A model generated the notes under the pieces. The model did not search any database. It saw only the letters and a list, made by a program, of their open reading frames with translations, and was not told the DNA's origin. Shown here in pieces: positions 1 through 7,766 of a stretch of DNA of 15,675 nt. This DNA comes from Thermodesulfobacteriota bacterium (GTDB taxonomy: Bacteria > Desulfobacterota > Desulfobulbia > Desulfobulbales > SURF-16): positions 1 through 15,675 of the forward strand of contig JBDLIE010000058.1 of assembly GCA_039715015.1 (NCBI GenBank), in the 5' to 3' direction. The position numbers were made by a program, and so were the translations under genes. Within the stretch, counting starts at the first letter, position 1. The number at the start of each line of letters is the position of its first letter.

Positions 1-44
1 TAAAAAAAGGCCGGTATGCATTAATGCATACCGGCCTTTTTTTA
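1..44. terminator. Bidirectional Rho-independent terminator (perfect 44-bp palindrome with A7/T7 flanks) downstream of dxs
   Basis: t-aaaaaaa-ggccggtatgcatt|aatgcataccggcc-ttttttt-a is a GC-rich inverted repeat with a T7 tract on each strand. It lies 18 bp past the dxs stop codon. Confidence 0.9.
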
Positions 45-62
45 TTGTATCCGTTGATCTCT

Positions 63-1952
63 TTATTTCTTGGTGCCGATCAGTTCCAGGGCGCTATTGA
101 TAATGGCTGGTGTATCAATTTTGGCAAGATGCCAGAGGGTTTCCTGGGGGGCGTGTTCGGCAAATTTATCAGGGAAGCCGAGAAGGCTCGTATTGATGTT
201 GTGCAGGTTACGGCGCGCAAAGAGCTCCAGCACAGCACTGCCGAAACCGCCTTTTTTGACATTGTCCTCAATGGTGATGACCTTGCCGGTGGCTTGGGCC
301 CATTCACAGATGAGATCGCCATCAATGGGGTTTACAAAACGTGGATTAATCACTGCCGCATTAATGCCGAGTTTCTCAAGGCCTTCTGCGGCAGCCAGGG
401 CAGGGTAGACCCGGTTGCCAATGGGAAGCAGCAGAATGTCGCTGCCTTCCTTGAGGAGTTCTCCCTTGCCGTATGGGATTTTGGTCAAGTCACTGTGCAG
501 GGGCACACCCTCGCCATTTCCCCGGCAATAGCGAACTGCTGAAGGGCCAGGGAGAAAGATGGAGGTGTAAAGCATATTTTGCAACTCTGCCTCGTCTTTA
601 GGCGCCATGAGGACCATGTTAGGAATAAAGCGGAAAAAACTGAGATCAAAAACACCATGGTGGGTAGGGCCGTCATCACCCACCACCCCGGCTCGATCAA
701 TGGCAAAAGTTACCGGCAGGTTGGGCAGGCAAACATCATGAATGATCTGGTCCAGGGCCCGCTGGAAGAAGGTCGAGTAAATAGCCACCACAGGAAGAAT
801 ACCCTCGGTGGCAAGACCAGCAGCAAAGGTGACGGCATGCTGCTCGGCAATACCCACATCAAAGAATCGTTCCGGGTAGATGTTGGCGAACCGGGTCAGA
901 CCGGTGCCTGCCGGCATGGCAGCAGAGATTGCGGCAACGCGAGGATCCTTATCAGCAATCTCCACCAGGGTGTCTCCAAAAATCTGGGTATATGAAATAG
1001 GGGTGGGGTTGGTCGGCAAGGCCTTGCCGGAAGTCTTATCAAAGGGGCCGACACCATGGTAAGAACCAGGGTTTTTCTCAGCAGGGGTATAGCCCTTGCC
1101 CTTGGTGGTGATGACATGGACCAGGACCGGGCCGTTATGAAGGTCGCGGACATTCTCAAGTGTTTCGATGAGGCCATCAACATCGTGGCCGTTAATAGGG
1201 CCAATATATTCAAATTTTAGGGCCTCAAAGAGCATGCCTGGCGTGAAGAAGCCTTTAAAGCTCTCCTCACTCTTCTTGAGGACCTGGAGGATATTGTCGC
1301 CGACGCCATGGAAGCCTTTAAGGAAAGTTTCCATCTCCTTCTTGAGACGGACCATGGCCTTACCGCTTAATTTTCGGCTGAGAAAGCTGGAAAGGGCACC
1401 GACATTAGGGGAGATGGACATTTCGTTATCATTTAAGATGACAACAAGGTCTTTGCCCAGATGACCAGCCTGGTTTAAGGCCTCAAAGGCCATGCCGCCA
1501 GTCATGGAACCGTCACCAATAACAGCAATGGCTTTTGCCGTATCTCCTTTAAGAAATTTAGCCAGGCTGATGCCTAAGCTTGCGGAGATGGATGTGGAGC
1601 TATGACCTGTATCAAAGGCATCATAGGGGCTTTCGTCCCGTTTGGGAAAACCGCTCACCCCTTTGTACTTACGTAAGGTATGAAATTGGTCACGACGACC
1701 AGTGATGAGCTTGTGGGCATAGGCCTGGTGGCCCACATCCCAGATTAACTTGTCCTCAGGAGTGTTAAAGACGTAATGGAGGGCAAGGGTGAGCTCGACA
1801 ACCCCGAGACAAGGGGCCAGGTGGCCACCGGTGATGGAAACTGTTTCTATAATTTTGGTACGAATTTCTTCAGCAAGTGGGACAAGATCGCTGACTGCGA
1901 GCTTGCGAAGATCATCTGGGGAATCAATTTTTTCTAACAACGCGGAAGACAT
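63..1952 (-). CDS. dxs: 1-deoxy-D-xylulose-5-phosphate synthase
   Basis: 629 aa. Contains [33 protein letters not shown], the TPP motif GDGSMTGG...[19 protein letters not shown] and [15 protein letters not shown]. Lies downstream of xseB-ispA, the conserved arrangement. Confidence 0.98.
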   Translation of the reverse strand: MSSALLEKIDSPDDLRKLAVSDLVPLAEEIRTKIIETVSITGGHLAPCLGVVELTLALHYVFNTPEDKLIWDVGHQAYAHKLITGRRDQFHTLRKYKGVSGFPKRDESPYDAFDTGHSSTSISASLGISLAKFLKGDTAKAIAVIGDGSMTGGMAFEALNQAGHLGKDLVVILNDNEMSISPNVGALSSFLSRKLSGKAMVRLKKEMETFLKGFHGVGDNILQVLKKSEESFKGFFTPGMLFEALKFEYIGPINGHDVDGLIETLENVRDLHNGPVLVHVITTKGKGYTPAEKNPGSYHGVGPFDKTSGKALPTNPTPISYTQIFGDTLVEIADKDPRVAAISAAMPAGTGLTRFANIYPERFFDVGIAEQHAVTFAAGLATEGILPVVAIYSTFFQRALDQIIHDVCLPNLPVTFAIDRAGVVGDDGPTHHGVFDLSFFRFIPNMVLMAPKDEAELQNMLYTSIFLPGPSAVRYCRGNGEGVPLHSDLTKIPYGKGELLKEGSDILLLPIGNRVYPALAAAEGLEKLGINAAVINPRFVNPIDGDLICEWAQATGKVITIEDNVKKGGFGSAVLELFARRNLHNINTSLLGFPDKFAEHAPQETLWHLAKIDTPAIINSALELIGTKK

Positions 1953-1979
1953 AGTTTGCTCAGCTGCCTCAAAGAGTGG

Positions 1980-2870
1980 CTATCGTTTACGGTAGTATAT
2001 ATAGTGAGCGATCTCACGAAGGGGATCGGCTTTACTGTCAAATGGCTGCAGGGCTTTGATGGCATTAGCAACTGCGGCCTTGGCCTTCTTTTTTGTGTCA
2101 TCAAGGCCGAAAAAGGCAGGATAAGTGGCTTTCTCAAGTTCAGCATCAGAGCCGGCCTTTTTTCCTAATTGTTCTGTGGTACCTTCTACATTTAATAAAT
2201 CGTCAACGATCTGGAAGGCAAGGCCGATATTTTTACCGTATTCACTAAAGGCCTGAAACTGGTCCTCATCAGCATTACCCAGGACTGCCCCCATTTCAAC
2301 AGCTGCTGTAATAAGGGCCCCTGTCTTGCAACTATGCAGATAGCGCAGGGTTGCAAAGGGGATTTCTTTGCCTTCTGAATCAATATCAATGGCTTGACCT
2401 CCTACCATACCCTGAGGCCCGGCAGAAGTGGATAGAATATGGATGAGGCGAAGCTGTTTTTCAGCGCCAAGCTGATTACTTAGTTTGGGGTCGCTTAAGA
2501 TTTCAAAGGCCATGGTGAGTAAACCGTCACCGGCAAGGATAGCTTCAGCCTCGCCGTAGACAGTGTGGTTGGTTGGTTTGCCGCGCCTCAGTTCGTCATT
2601 ATCCATGGCCGGCAGGTCATCATGTATCAGGGAGTAGGTATGGATAAACTCCAGGCTTGCAGCTATAGGGAGTAGACCTGTGAGGTCAGCGCCGAGGCTT
2701 TCTGCAGCAGCAATACACAGGATGGGCCGCACCCGTTTACCGCCGGCAAAAAGGGAGTAGGACATGGCCTCAATATGTTTGGTAAGGAGGCCCTGTGGGG
2801 TAAGCATGACATCTTGAAGGGCCTGCTCAACAATATCTCGTTTTTCCTGGAGGTAGACCTTAAGATTCAT
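1980..2870 (-). CDS. ispA: Farnesyl/geranylgeranyl diphosphate synthase (polyprenyl synthetase)
   Basis: Contains GGKRVRP, FARM HTYSLIHDDLPAMDNDELRRGKPT, GMVGGQAID, KTGALI and SARM FQIVDDLL. Start placed at ATG 2870 (MNLKVYL), overlapping the xseB end; the ORF track uses an upstream TTG at 2885. Confidence 0.95.
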   Translation of the reverse strand: MNLKVYLQEKRDIVEQALQDVMLTPQGLLTKHIEAMSYSLFAGGKRVRPILCIAAAESLGADLTGLLPIAASLEFIHTYSLIHDDLPAMDNDELRRGKPTNHTVYGEAEAILAGDGLLTMAFEILSDPKLSNQLGAEKQLRLIHILSTSAGPQGMVGGQAIDIDSEGKEIPFATLRYLHSCKTGALITAAVEMGAVLGNADEDQFQAFSEYGKNIGLAFQIVDDLLNVEGTTEQLGKKAGSDAELEKATYPAFFGLDDTKKKAKAAVANAIKALQPFDSKADPLREIAHYIYYRKR

Positions 2871-3093
2871 TACCACTGATATCAAAGGGGGTCTCTGTAA
2901 GAGAGCCGTTTTTTTCTAAGAGGAGGGTGACCTTCTGTTGGCAATCATCCAGTTTGTCGTTGCAGAACTGGGCAAGCTTAATGCCCTCCTCAAATTTTTT
3001 TAAGCTGGCTTCAAGGCTGAGTTCACCACTTTCAAGATCAGAGGTGATTTTTTCTAGATTTTTGAGGGCGTCTTCAAAGGTTTTTCTGGCCAT
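2860..3093 (-). CDS. xseB: Exodeoxyribonuclease VII small subunit
   Basis: 77 aa with the typical FEDALKNLEKITSDLESGELSLEASLKKFEEGIKL pattern. SD-like AGGTG upstream; first gene of the xseB-ispA-dxs operon. Confidence 0.95.
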   Translation of the reverse strand: MARKTFEDALKNLEKITSDLESGELSLEASLKKFEEGIKLAQFCNDKLDDCQQKVTLLLEKNGSLTETPFDISGNES

Positions 3094-3131
3094 ATGGTCA
3101 CCTGTTGATAGGTTGTCCGGTAAAGTGTGAC

Positions 3132-3160
3132 ATGATAAATGAATAACCTGGGGCTGGCAA
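3132..3160 (-). promoter_or_regulatory. Putative sigma70 promoter of xseB-ispA-dxs
   Basis: Minus strand reads TTGCCA (3160-3155), 17 nt, TATCAT (3137-3132). Both hexamers match consensus 5/6 with optimal spacing, ~40 bp upstream of the xseB ATG. Confidence 0.65.
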
Positions 3161-3248
3161 CGGTTTAAAAAAAAACAAGGCTATGGTAATTGTCAGTTCA
3201 GCCCTTGCAGACCCTTTGTTGGTCATTCAAGAGCATGGAGAATAATTT

Positions 3249-4157
3249 TTGACCCAGCAAAATCTTGATACATGCCTTAAACACTTTCTCGCTTGGCTGA
3301 GGGTGGAAAGAGGCTATTCAAACCATACGGTTGATAATTATCAACGTGATATTCTTGAATTCAGCGCCTTTGTTGAAGATAAACCATTGGCTGGTCTGGA
3401 CGCCAAGGATGTCAGGGCTTGGGTCTTTTATCTCAACGGTAAAAATAAGGCCAATTCGGTGGCCCGTAAAATCTCGGCCCTGCGTACCTTTTTTCGATAT
3501 CTTCTTCGTCAGGGAGTTCTTGAAGTTGATCCCACAGCCTCTGTTTCCATGCCGAAACTCGGCAAACATATCCCTGTTTTTTTAAGCGTGGATGAGGTTT
3601 TCAGTCTCTTGGAAGAACCAGGTGCTCAGGATCAATTTCAGCGCCGCGACACCGCTCTATTAGAGCTTCTCTACTCAACAGGGATGCGGGTGGCGGAAAT
3701 TGTAAATCTTAACCTTGAGCAGGTTGATTTTGGCGCCGAAATGGTTAGGGTAATCGGCAAAGGAAAAAAGGAGAGGCTTATTCCCGTGGGCTCACAGGCC
3801 CTTGATGCCCTTACTCTTTATCTTGAAAACCGCGCTTTGCTTCTTGCTAAAAAGCGGCAGCAGGGCAAAAGGATCGATGAAAATGCCTTATTTCTTAATA
3901 ACCGGGGAGGTCGGCTGACAACACGGTCCATTGAGAGAATGGTCCAGGCCTATGCGGTTCGGGCTGGAATCACAGCACCGGTGACACCCCATGCCCTTCG
4001 CCATTCTTTTGCCACCCATCTCTTGGAAATGGGAGCGGATTTACGTGTCGTTCAGGAGCTATTAGGGCATGCCAGTCTTTCCACAACCCAGAAATATACA
4101 CATTTAACGGTGGACCACCTTATGGCGGTGTATGACAAGGCCCACCCCAAAGCCTAA
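3249..4157 (+). CDS. xerC: Tyrosine recombinase XerC
   Basis: 302 aa. N-terminal SAM-like domain (ERGYSNHTVDNYQRDI), then LELLYSTGMRVAE (R), GKGKKER (K), HALRHSFATHLL (HxxR), LGHASLSTTQKYTH (H,Y). TTG start with GGAG SD. Upstream of hslVU, the conserved xerC-hslV-hslU arrangement. Confidence 0.9.
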   Translation: MTQQNLDTCLKHFLAWLRVERGYSNHTVDNYQRDILEFSAFVEDKPLAGLDAKDVRAWVFYLNGKNKANSVARKISALRTFFRYLLRQGVLEVDPTASVSMPKLGKHIPVFLSVDEVFSLLEEPGAQDQFQRRDTALLELLYSTGMRVAEIVNLNLEQVDFGAEMVRVIGKGKKERLIPVGSQALDALTLYLENRALLLAKKRQQGKRIDENALFLNNRGGRLTTRSIERMVQAYAVRAGITAPVTPHALRHSFATHLLEMGADLRVVQELLGHASLSTTQKYTHLTVDHLMAVYDKAHPKA

Positions 4158-4297
4158 AGTACCCTGAAAAATTGCTTTTTTGCCCGATTACGGCATCGTG
4201 CCAAAAATAAAACTGCTCACATATATTCATATGCTGCGCTTTTTATTTCCGCCACTCCTTGTCCTCGAACAAAACGCTCATTTTTCAAGGCACTTTA
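4155..4297. mobile_element. MITE-like / REP-like ~143-bp imperfect palindromic element
   Basis: Left end taaagtaccctgaaaaat versus reverse complement of right end taaagtgccttgaaaaat: 16/18 identical. Imperfect pairing continues inward (ttttgcccga/tcgaacaaaa, aaaataaaa/ttttattt, catat-attc-atatg). TA at both ends; no ORF. Confidence 0.65.
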
Positions 4298-4337
4298 TAA
4301 CAATATTTTTGACTAACTAATTGATAAAATTGACAAA

Positions 4338-4877
4338 ATGGAAAAACCAATAATACGATCAACAACGATTATCTGCGTTCGTCATAAGGATGAGGTGGTC
4401 ATGGCGGGAGACGGCCAGGTTTCCTTAGGAAACACCGTCATGAAGCACGAGGCCCGCAAGGTGCGCCGCCTTTTTAATAATAAGGTCGTGACAGGCTTTG
4501 CCGGTTCCACCGCCGATGCCTTTACCCTTTATGACAAACTAGAACAAAAGCTGGAACAGTTTAACGGCAACCTGATGCGCGCCTCGGTAGAACTTGCCAA
4601 GGATTGGCGTACCGACAAGATGCTGCGCCGCCTTGAGGCCATGCTTATTGCTGCTGACAAGGACTACTCTCTTCTGCTTTCGGGCACCGGTGATGTCATC
4701 GAGTCTGATGATGGTATTCTGGCCATCGGCTCAGGTGGGGCCTATGCCCAGGCCGCCGCCAAGGCCTTAATTTCTCATAGTGATCTTAATGCCGAAGGAA
4801 TCTGCCGGGCTGCTATGGAGATAGCCGGTTCCATATGCGTATTTACCAATACCAATATTGTTGTGGAAAAAGTATGA
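4338..4877 (+). CDS. hslV: ATP-dependent protease peptidase subunit HslV (ClpQ)
   Basis: Contains STTIICVR (catalytic Thr after a short propeptide), [35 protein letters not shown] and AIGSGGAYA. Confidence 0.97.
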   Translation: MEKPIIRSTTIICVRHKDEVVMAGDGQVSLGNTVMKHEARKVRRLFNNKVVTGFAGSTADAFTLYDKLEQKLEQFNGNLMRASVELAKDWRTDKMLRRLEAMLIAADKDYSLLLSGTGDVIESDDGILAIGSGGAYAQAAAKALISHSDLNAEGICRAAMEIAGSICVFTNTNIVVEKV

Positions 4878-6232
4878 GTCAGAAAATTAAAGCCCTCACT
4901 CCTGAAGAAATTGTCACCCGTTTAGATAAGTTCATCGTTGGTCAGGACGATGCCAAGCGCTTTGTGGCCGTGGCCCTGCGCAATAGATGGCGGCGCCAGC
5001 AGGTGCCCCAACCGTTGCGTGATGAGATTGCCCCGAAAAATATCATTATGATCGGCCCCACCGGTGTCGGTAAGACAGAGATTGCCCGCCGTCTGGCCCA
5101 GCTTGATCGCTCCCCTTTTTTAAAGGTCGAGGCCACCAAATTCACTGAGGTGGGCTATGTGGGCCGCGATGTGGAGTCAATGATTCGGGACCTCACCGAG
5201 CTTTCTATTAGTTTGGTTAAGGAGGAAGAGTCCGAGGTGTTGACCCAGAAGGCAAAGGAGATGGCCCGCGAACGGATTTTGGATTTATTGGTGCCCCCGC
5301 CGCCCACCACTGCCGGGGCTGCCCCCACTGATCCTGCCGCCTCGCCCACTCGCGAGAAGTTCCGGGTTATGCTCGACGAGGGCAAGCTTGATGATCGTGA
5401 AGTGGAGATGAATGTCGAGCAGGCTGCTCCTGCCATGCCCATGGTTGAGGTGCTGTCATCCGGGCCCATGGACGATATGGGCTCCTCCATGAAGGACATG
5501 TTTTCCAAGCTCTTTCCCAAAAAGAGTGATCGCCGCAAGCTGCCAGTGAAAGAGGCGATCATCATCCTGGAAAAACAAGAGGCGGAAAAGCTCATTGATA
5601 TGGAAAAGGTAACCCGCCTTGCTCTCCAGCGTGTTGAGCAGACTGGTATCATCTTTCTTGACGAGATTGACAAGATCGCCTCCCGGAGCGCGGGCTCCTC
5701 ATCATCCGCTGAAGTTTCCCGAGAAGGTGTACAGCGTGATCTGCTCCCCATTGTTGAGGGCTCCACGGTGACCACTAAATACGGCATGGTTAAAACAGAC
5801 CATATCCTCTTTATTGCCAGCGGTGCCTTTCATATCAGTAAACCCTCAGATCTGGTGCCGGAACTGCAGGGCCGTTTTCCGGTCCGGGTTGAGCTTGACG
5901 CCTTGGGGGAGGAGGAATTCTATCGTATCCTCACCGAACCTGAGAATGCCTTGATTAAACAATATATAGCTCTGCTGGCCACTGAGGATGTTGACTTGGA
6001 GTTTGAAGAAGCCGCCATTCGTGCCATGGCCAAGATTGCCGCTGATGTCAATGAATCAACAGAAAATATTGGCGCCCGCAGGCTTCATACCATCCTTGAG
6101 CGGCTCCTTGAGGACCTCTCCTTTGATGCTCCGGGCAAGGGCGGTGAGAAATTCATCGTTACTGCTGATTATGTGGCAGAACAACTGACCGGCATCTCAG
6201 AGGACCAGGATCTGAGCCGCTATATTTTGTAA
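4874..6232 (+). CDS. hslU: ATP-dependent protease ATPase subunit HslU (ClpY)
   Basis: Contains [70 protein letters not shown] and C-terminal DLSRYIL. Start reassigned to ATG 4874 (ATGA overlap with the hslV stop) instead of 4835. Confidence 0.97.
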   Translation: MSQKIKALTPEEIVTRLDKFIVGQDDAKRFVAVALRNRWRRQQVPQPLRDEIAPKNIIMIGPTGVGKTEIARRLAQLDRSPFLKVEATKFTEVGYVGRDVESMIRDLTELSISLVKEEESEVLTQKAKEMARERILDLLVPPPPTTAGAAPTDPAASPTREKFRVMLDEGKLDDREVEMNVEQAAPAMPMVEVLSSGPMDDMGSSMKDMFSKLFPKKSDRRKLPVKEAIIILEKQEAEKLIDMEKVTRLALQRVEQTGIIFLDEIDKIASRSAGSSSSAEVSREGVQRDLLPIVEGSTVTTKYGMVKTDHILFIASGAFHISKPSDLVPELQGRFPVRVELDALGEEEFYRILTEPENALIKQYIALLATEDVDLEFEEAAIRAMAKIAADVNESTENIGARRLHTILERLLEDLSFDAPGKGGEKFIVTADYVAEQLTGISEDQDLSRYIL

Positions 6233-6243
6233 GGGAGAAGTTG

Positions 6244-6765
6244 ATGAGATACGAATCTGATTTAAAGTATTGCCCCCAGTGTCAGGACGAATACCGGGCC
6301 GATATTGAAAGCTGCGCAGCCTGTAAAATAACCCTTTTAACCGGCAGTGAGATGCTCGATATGGTGAGCAACTCCCAACAGGCCCGTAATTCCCGGCTTG
6401 GTGAACTGGGGGCCGGCGATGATATTGTCACCATCCATAAGGGGCCCTTGGCTGATTTGAAAAAGCTGGAAAAGGCATTTGCGCGGGAAAACATCGGAAT
6501 GATGATCGTCGGTGACGAGGGTGGCTGTAATAAGGGCTGTTGTCCTTCCACCTTTTTTCTGCAGGTACGCCGGGAGGATGCCCAGGCAGCCCATGCCCTG
6601 ATCCAGGAAGACTTTCGGCAGTTAACAGGTATTGACGATCATGACACTCGCCATAGCGATGCGGTCTTTAATCAGGAAGATGGGCAGGCTACCTGTCCGG
6701 CCTGTGGTTTTGAGTTTGAGACTTCTACGACGACCTGCCCGGATTGCGGGCTTTGTTTTGCTTAA
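6244..6765 (+). CDS. Cys-rich hypothetical protein with N- and C-terminal zinc-ribbon motifs and a central DUF2007-like domain
   Basis: Contains CPQC-x10-CAAC, central GCNKGCC followed by LQVRREDAQAA (DUF2007-like pattern), and CPAC-x10-CPDC-GLC. GGGAG SD lies 6 nt before ATG 6244; gene starts 11 bp after the hslU stop. Confidence 0.75.
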   Translation: MRYESDLKYCPQCQDEYRADIESCAACKITLLTGSEMLDMVSNSQQARNSRLGELGAGDDIVTIHKGPLADLKKLEKAFARENIGMMIVGDEGGCNKGCCPSTFFLQVRREDAQAAHALIQEDFRQLTGIDDHDTRHSDAVFNQEDGQATCPACGFEFETSTTTCPDCGLCFA

Positions 6766-6856
6766 AAAACTTAGAGGATAATACCCCTCCTGGTAGGTCA
6801 ATGCCTGAATGGGATGATCTGTCAGACGTCGGGGGGATTGTGATTTGAGGTCGCAA

Positions 6857-7612
6857 CTAGCTGCTGAGAAAGTTCAAAACATCCTGGGCAGCTTTGGTGG
6901 CTTGGGGATCGGCATCGATCTCTAAGGGTTTTCCTTGGCGTTCTCCTTTGCGGATGATCTTTGAGTTGGGGAAATAGGCCACCGGCGCTTTTGAAAGTCC
7001 TTGTTTGAGAAAGGTGCTGTCGTCCTCATCTTCCACCAAATTTGCCACAAAGGAAATATTCTTAATCCCTGCCTCCTGGGCGAGCTTATAGACCTTTTCA
7101 GCAGTTCGTATGCTCGATTGTGACGGGATCACGACTATAAAGAGTTCATCAACGCTGGCAATGGTACCGCGGCCCAAATGTTCTACTCCCGCTTCCATGT
7201 CAAGTAAGATGGCCTGGGAAGGACTGAGAAGAAGTTTGGTGAGCAGCCTTTTAAGTACCGTGCTTTCCGGGCAAGCGCAGCCGCCCTCGGCAGTCTGGAT
7301 GGCCCCGAGGACCATGAGTCTGAGGCCTTCCTTCTCGATCATGAAGTCAGCAAGCAGATCATCGACCTGCGGGTTAATGTTGTAGAAAGGAGAACCCTCT
7401 ACCTTGCCTGCCCGTTCCGCCAGCAGGGCTGACATGTCGGCAATGGGGGTTATTTTATCAATATTGTCAAAGCCCAAGGTCTGGGCCATATGAGGGCTGG
7501 AGTCGGCATCAATGATCAAAACTTCTTTGCCGGCCCGCTGTAATTCCTTGGCGATGAGGGCCATGATGGTTGTCTTCCCCACACCTCCCTTGCCGGCAAT
7601 TGCTATCTTCAT
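6857..7612 (-). CDS. cooC: CooC/AcsF-family nickel-insertion ATPase (CO dehydrogenase maturation factor homologue)
   Basis: Deviant Walker A MKIAIAGKGGVGKTT, IDAD, the metal-binding GGCACP and DMEAGVEHLGRG, all hallmark CooC motifs. AAGGA SD upstream. Confidence 0.85.
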   Translation of the reverse strand: MKIAIAGKGGVGKTTIMALIAKELQRAGKEVLIIDADSSPHMAQTLGFDNIDKITPIADMSALLAERAGKVEGSPFYNINPQVDDLLADFMIEKEGLRLMVLGAIQTAEGGCACPESTVLKRLLTKLLLSPSQAILLDMEAGVEHLGRGTIASVDELFIVVIPSQSSIRTAEKVYKLAQEAGIKNISFVANLVEDEDDSTFLKQGLSKAPVAYFPNSKIIRKGERQGKPLEIDADPQATKAAQDVLNFLSS

Positions 7613-7681
7613 AACTTGTATCCTTGATTTGAAATGGCTGTTTTTTGGGGCATTTTTGCGATGAATTCAGTAAAATAGGCT

Positions 7682-7692
7682 GTAATCATTAC
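7682..7692. promoter_or_regulatory. Palindrome GTAAT-C-ATTAC, candidate Fur-family (Zur/Fur-like) operator
   Basis: Perfect 5-1-5 palindrome between the predicted cooC promoter and start codon. Matches the core of the Bacillus-type Zur box (AAATCGTAATnATTACGATTT), but the flanks match poorly. Confidence 0.3.
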
Positions 7693-7715
7693 GGAAAATG
7701 CACTATTGTTTAGCT

Positions 7716-7744
7716 TTTATACGAAGCTCTTACTCATTCTGCAA
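7716..7744 (-). promoter_or_regulatory. Putative sigma70 promoter of the cooC homologue
   Basis: Minus strand reads TTGCAG (7744-7739), 17 nt, TATAAA (7721-7716). Confidence 0.5.
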
Positions 7745-7766
7745 GATTTAAGGTCATTATTGCCCC

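Noticed and set aside
3249..4157. Tyrosine recombinase as a possible prophage/ICE/integron integrase
   Set aside because: Size, motifs and xerC-hslVU synteny indicate housekeeping XerC. No att sites, tRNA, integron-specific insertion or cargo genes are seen.
4205..4250. Possible dif site or CIRCE element near xerC/hslV
   Set aside because: No match to the 11-6-11 dif consensus or to TTAGCACTC-N9-GAGTGCTAA. The symmetry is explained by the MITE-like hairpin.
4835..4873. N-terminal extension of HslU ([13 protein letters not shown]) in the ORF track
   Set aside because: It overlaps the hslV coding region. The ATGA-coupled start at 4874 matches the normal HslU N-terminus.
5155..5787. 210-aa antisense ORF within hslU, and similar shadow ORFs (24-542, 579-995, 7839-8576, 9722-10120, 10599-11120, 14913-15287)
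   Set aside because: All are nested in or almost wholly overlap well-supported genes, and none shows recognisable protein motifs. Such shadow ORFs are expected from codon bias.
7645..7660. Sigma54-like motif tggggcatttttgc (also tggcaacggtttaaa at 3155)
   Set aside because: The required GG-N10-GC spacing is off by one at 7645, and the -12 GC is absent at 3155.
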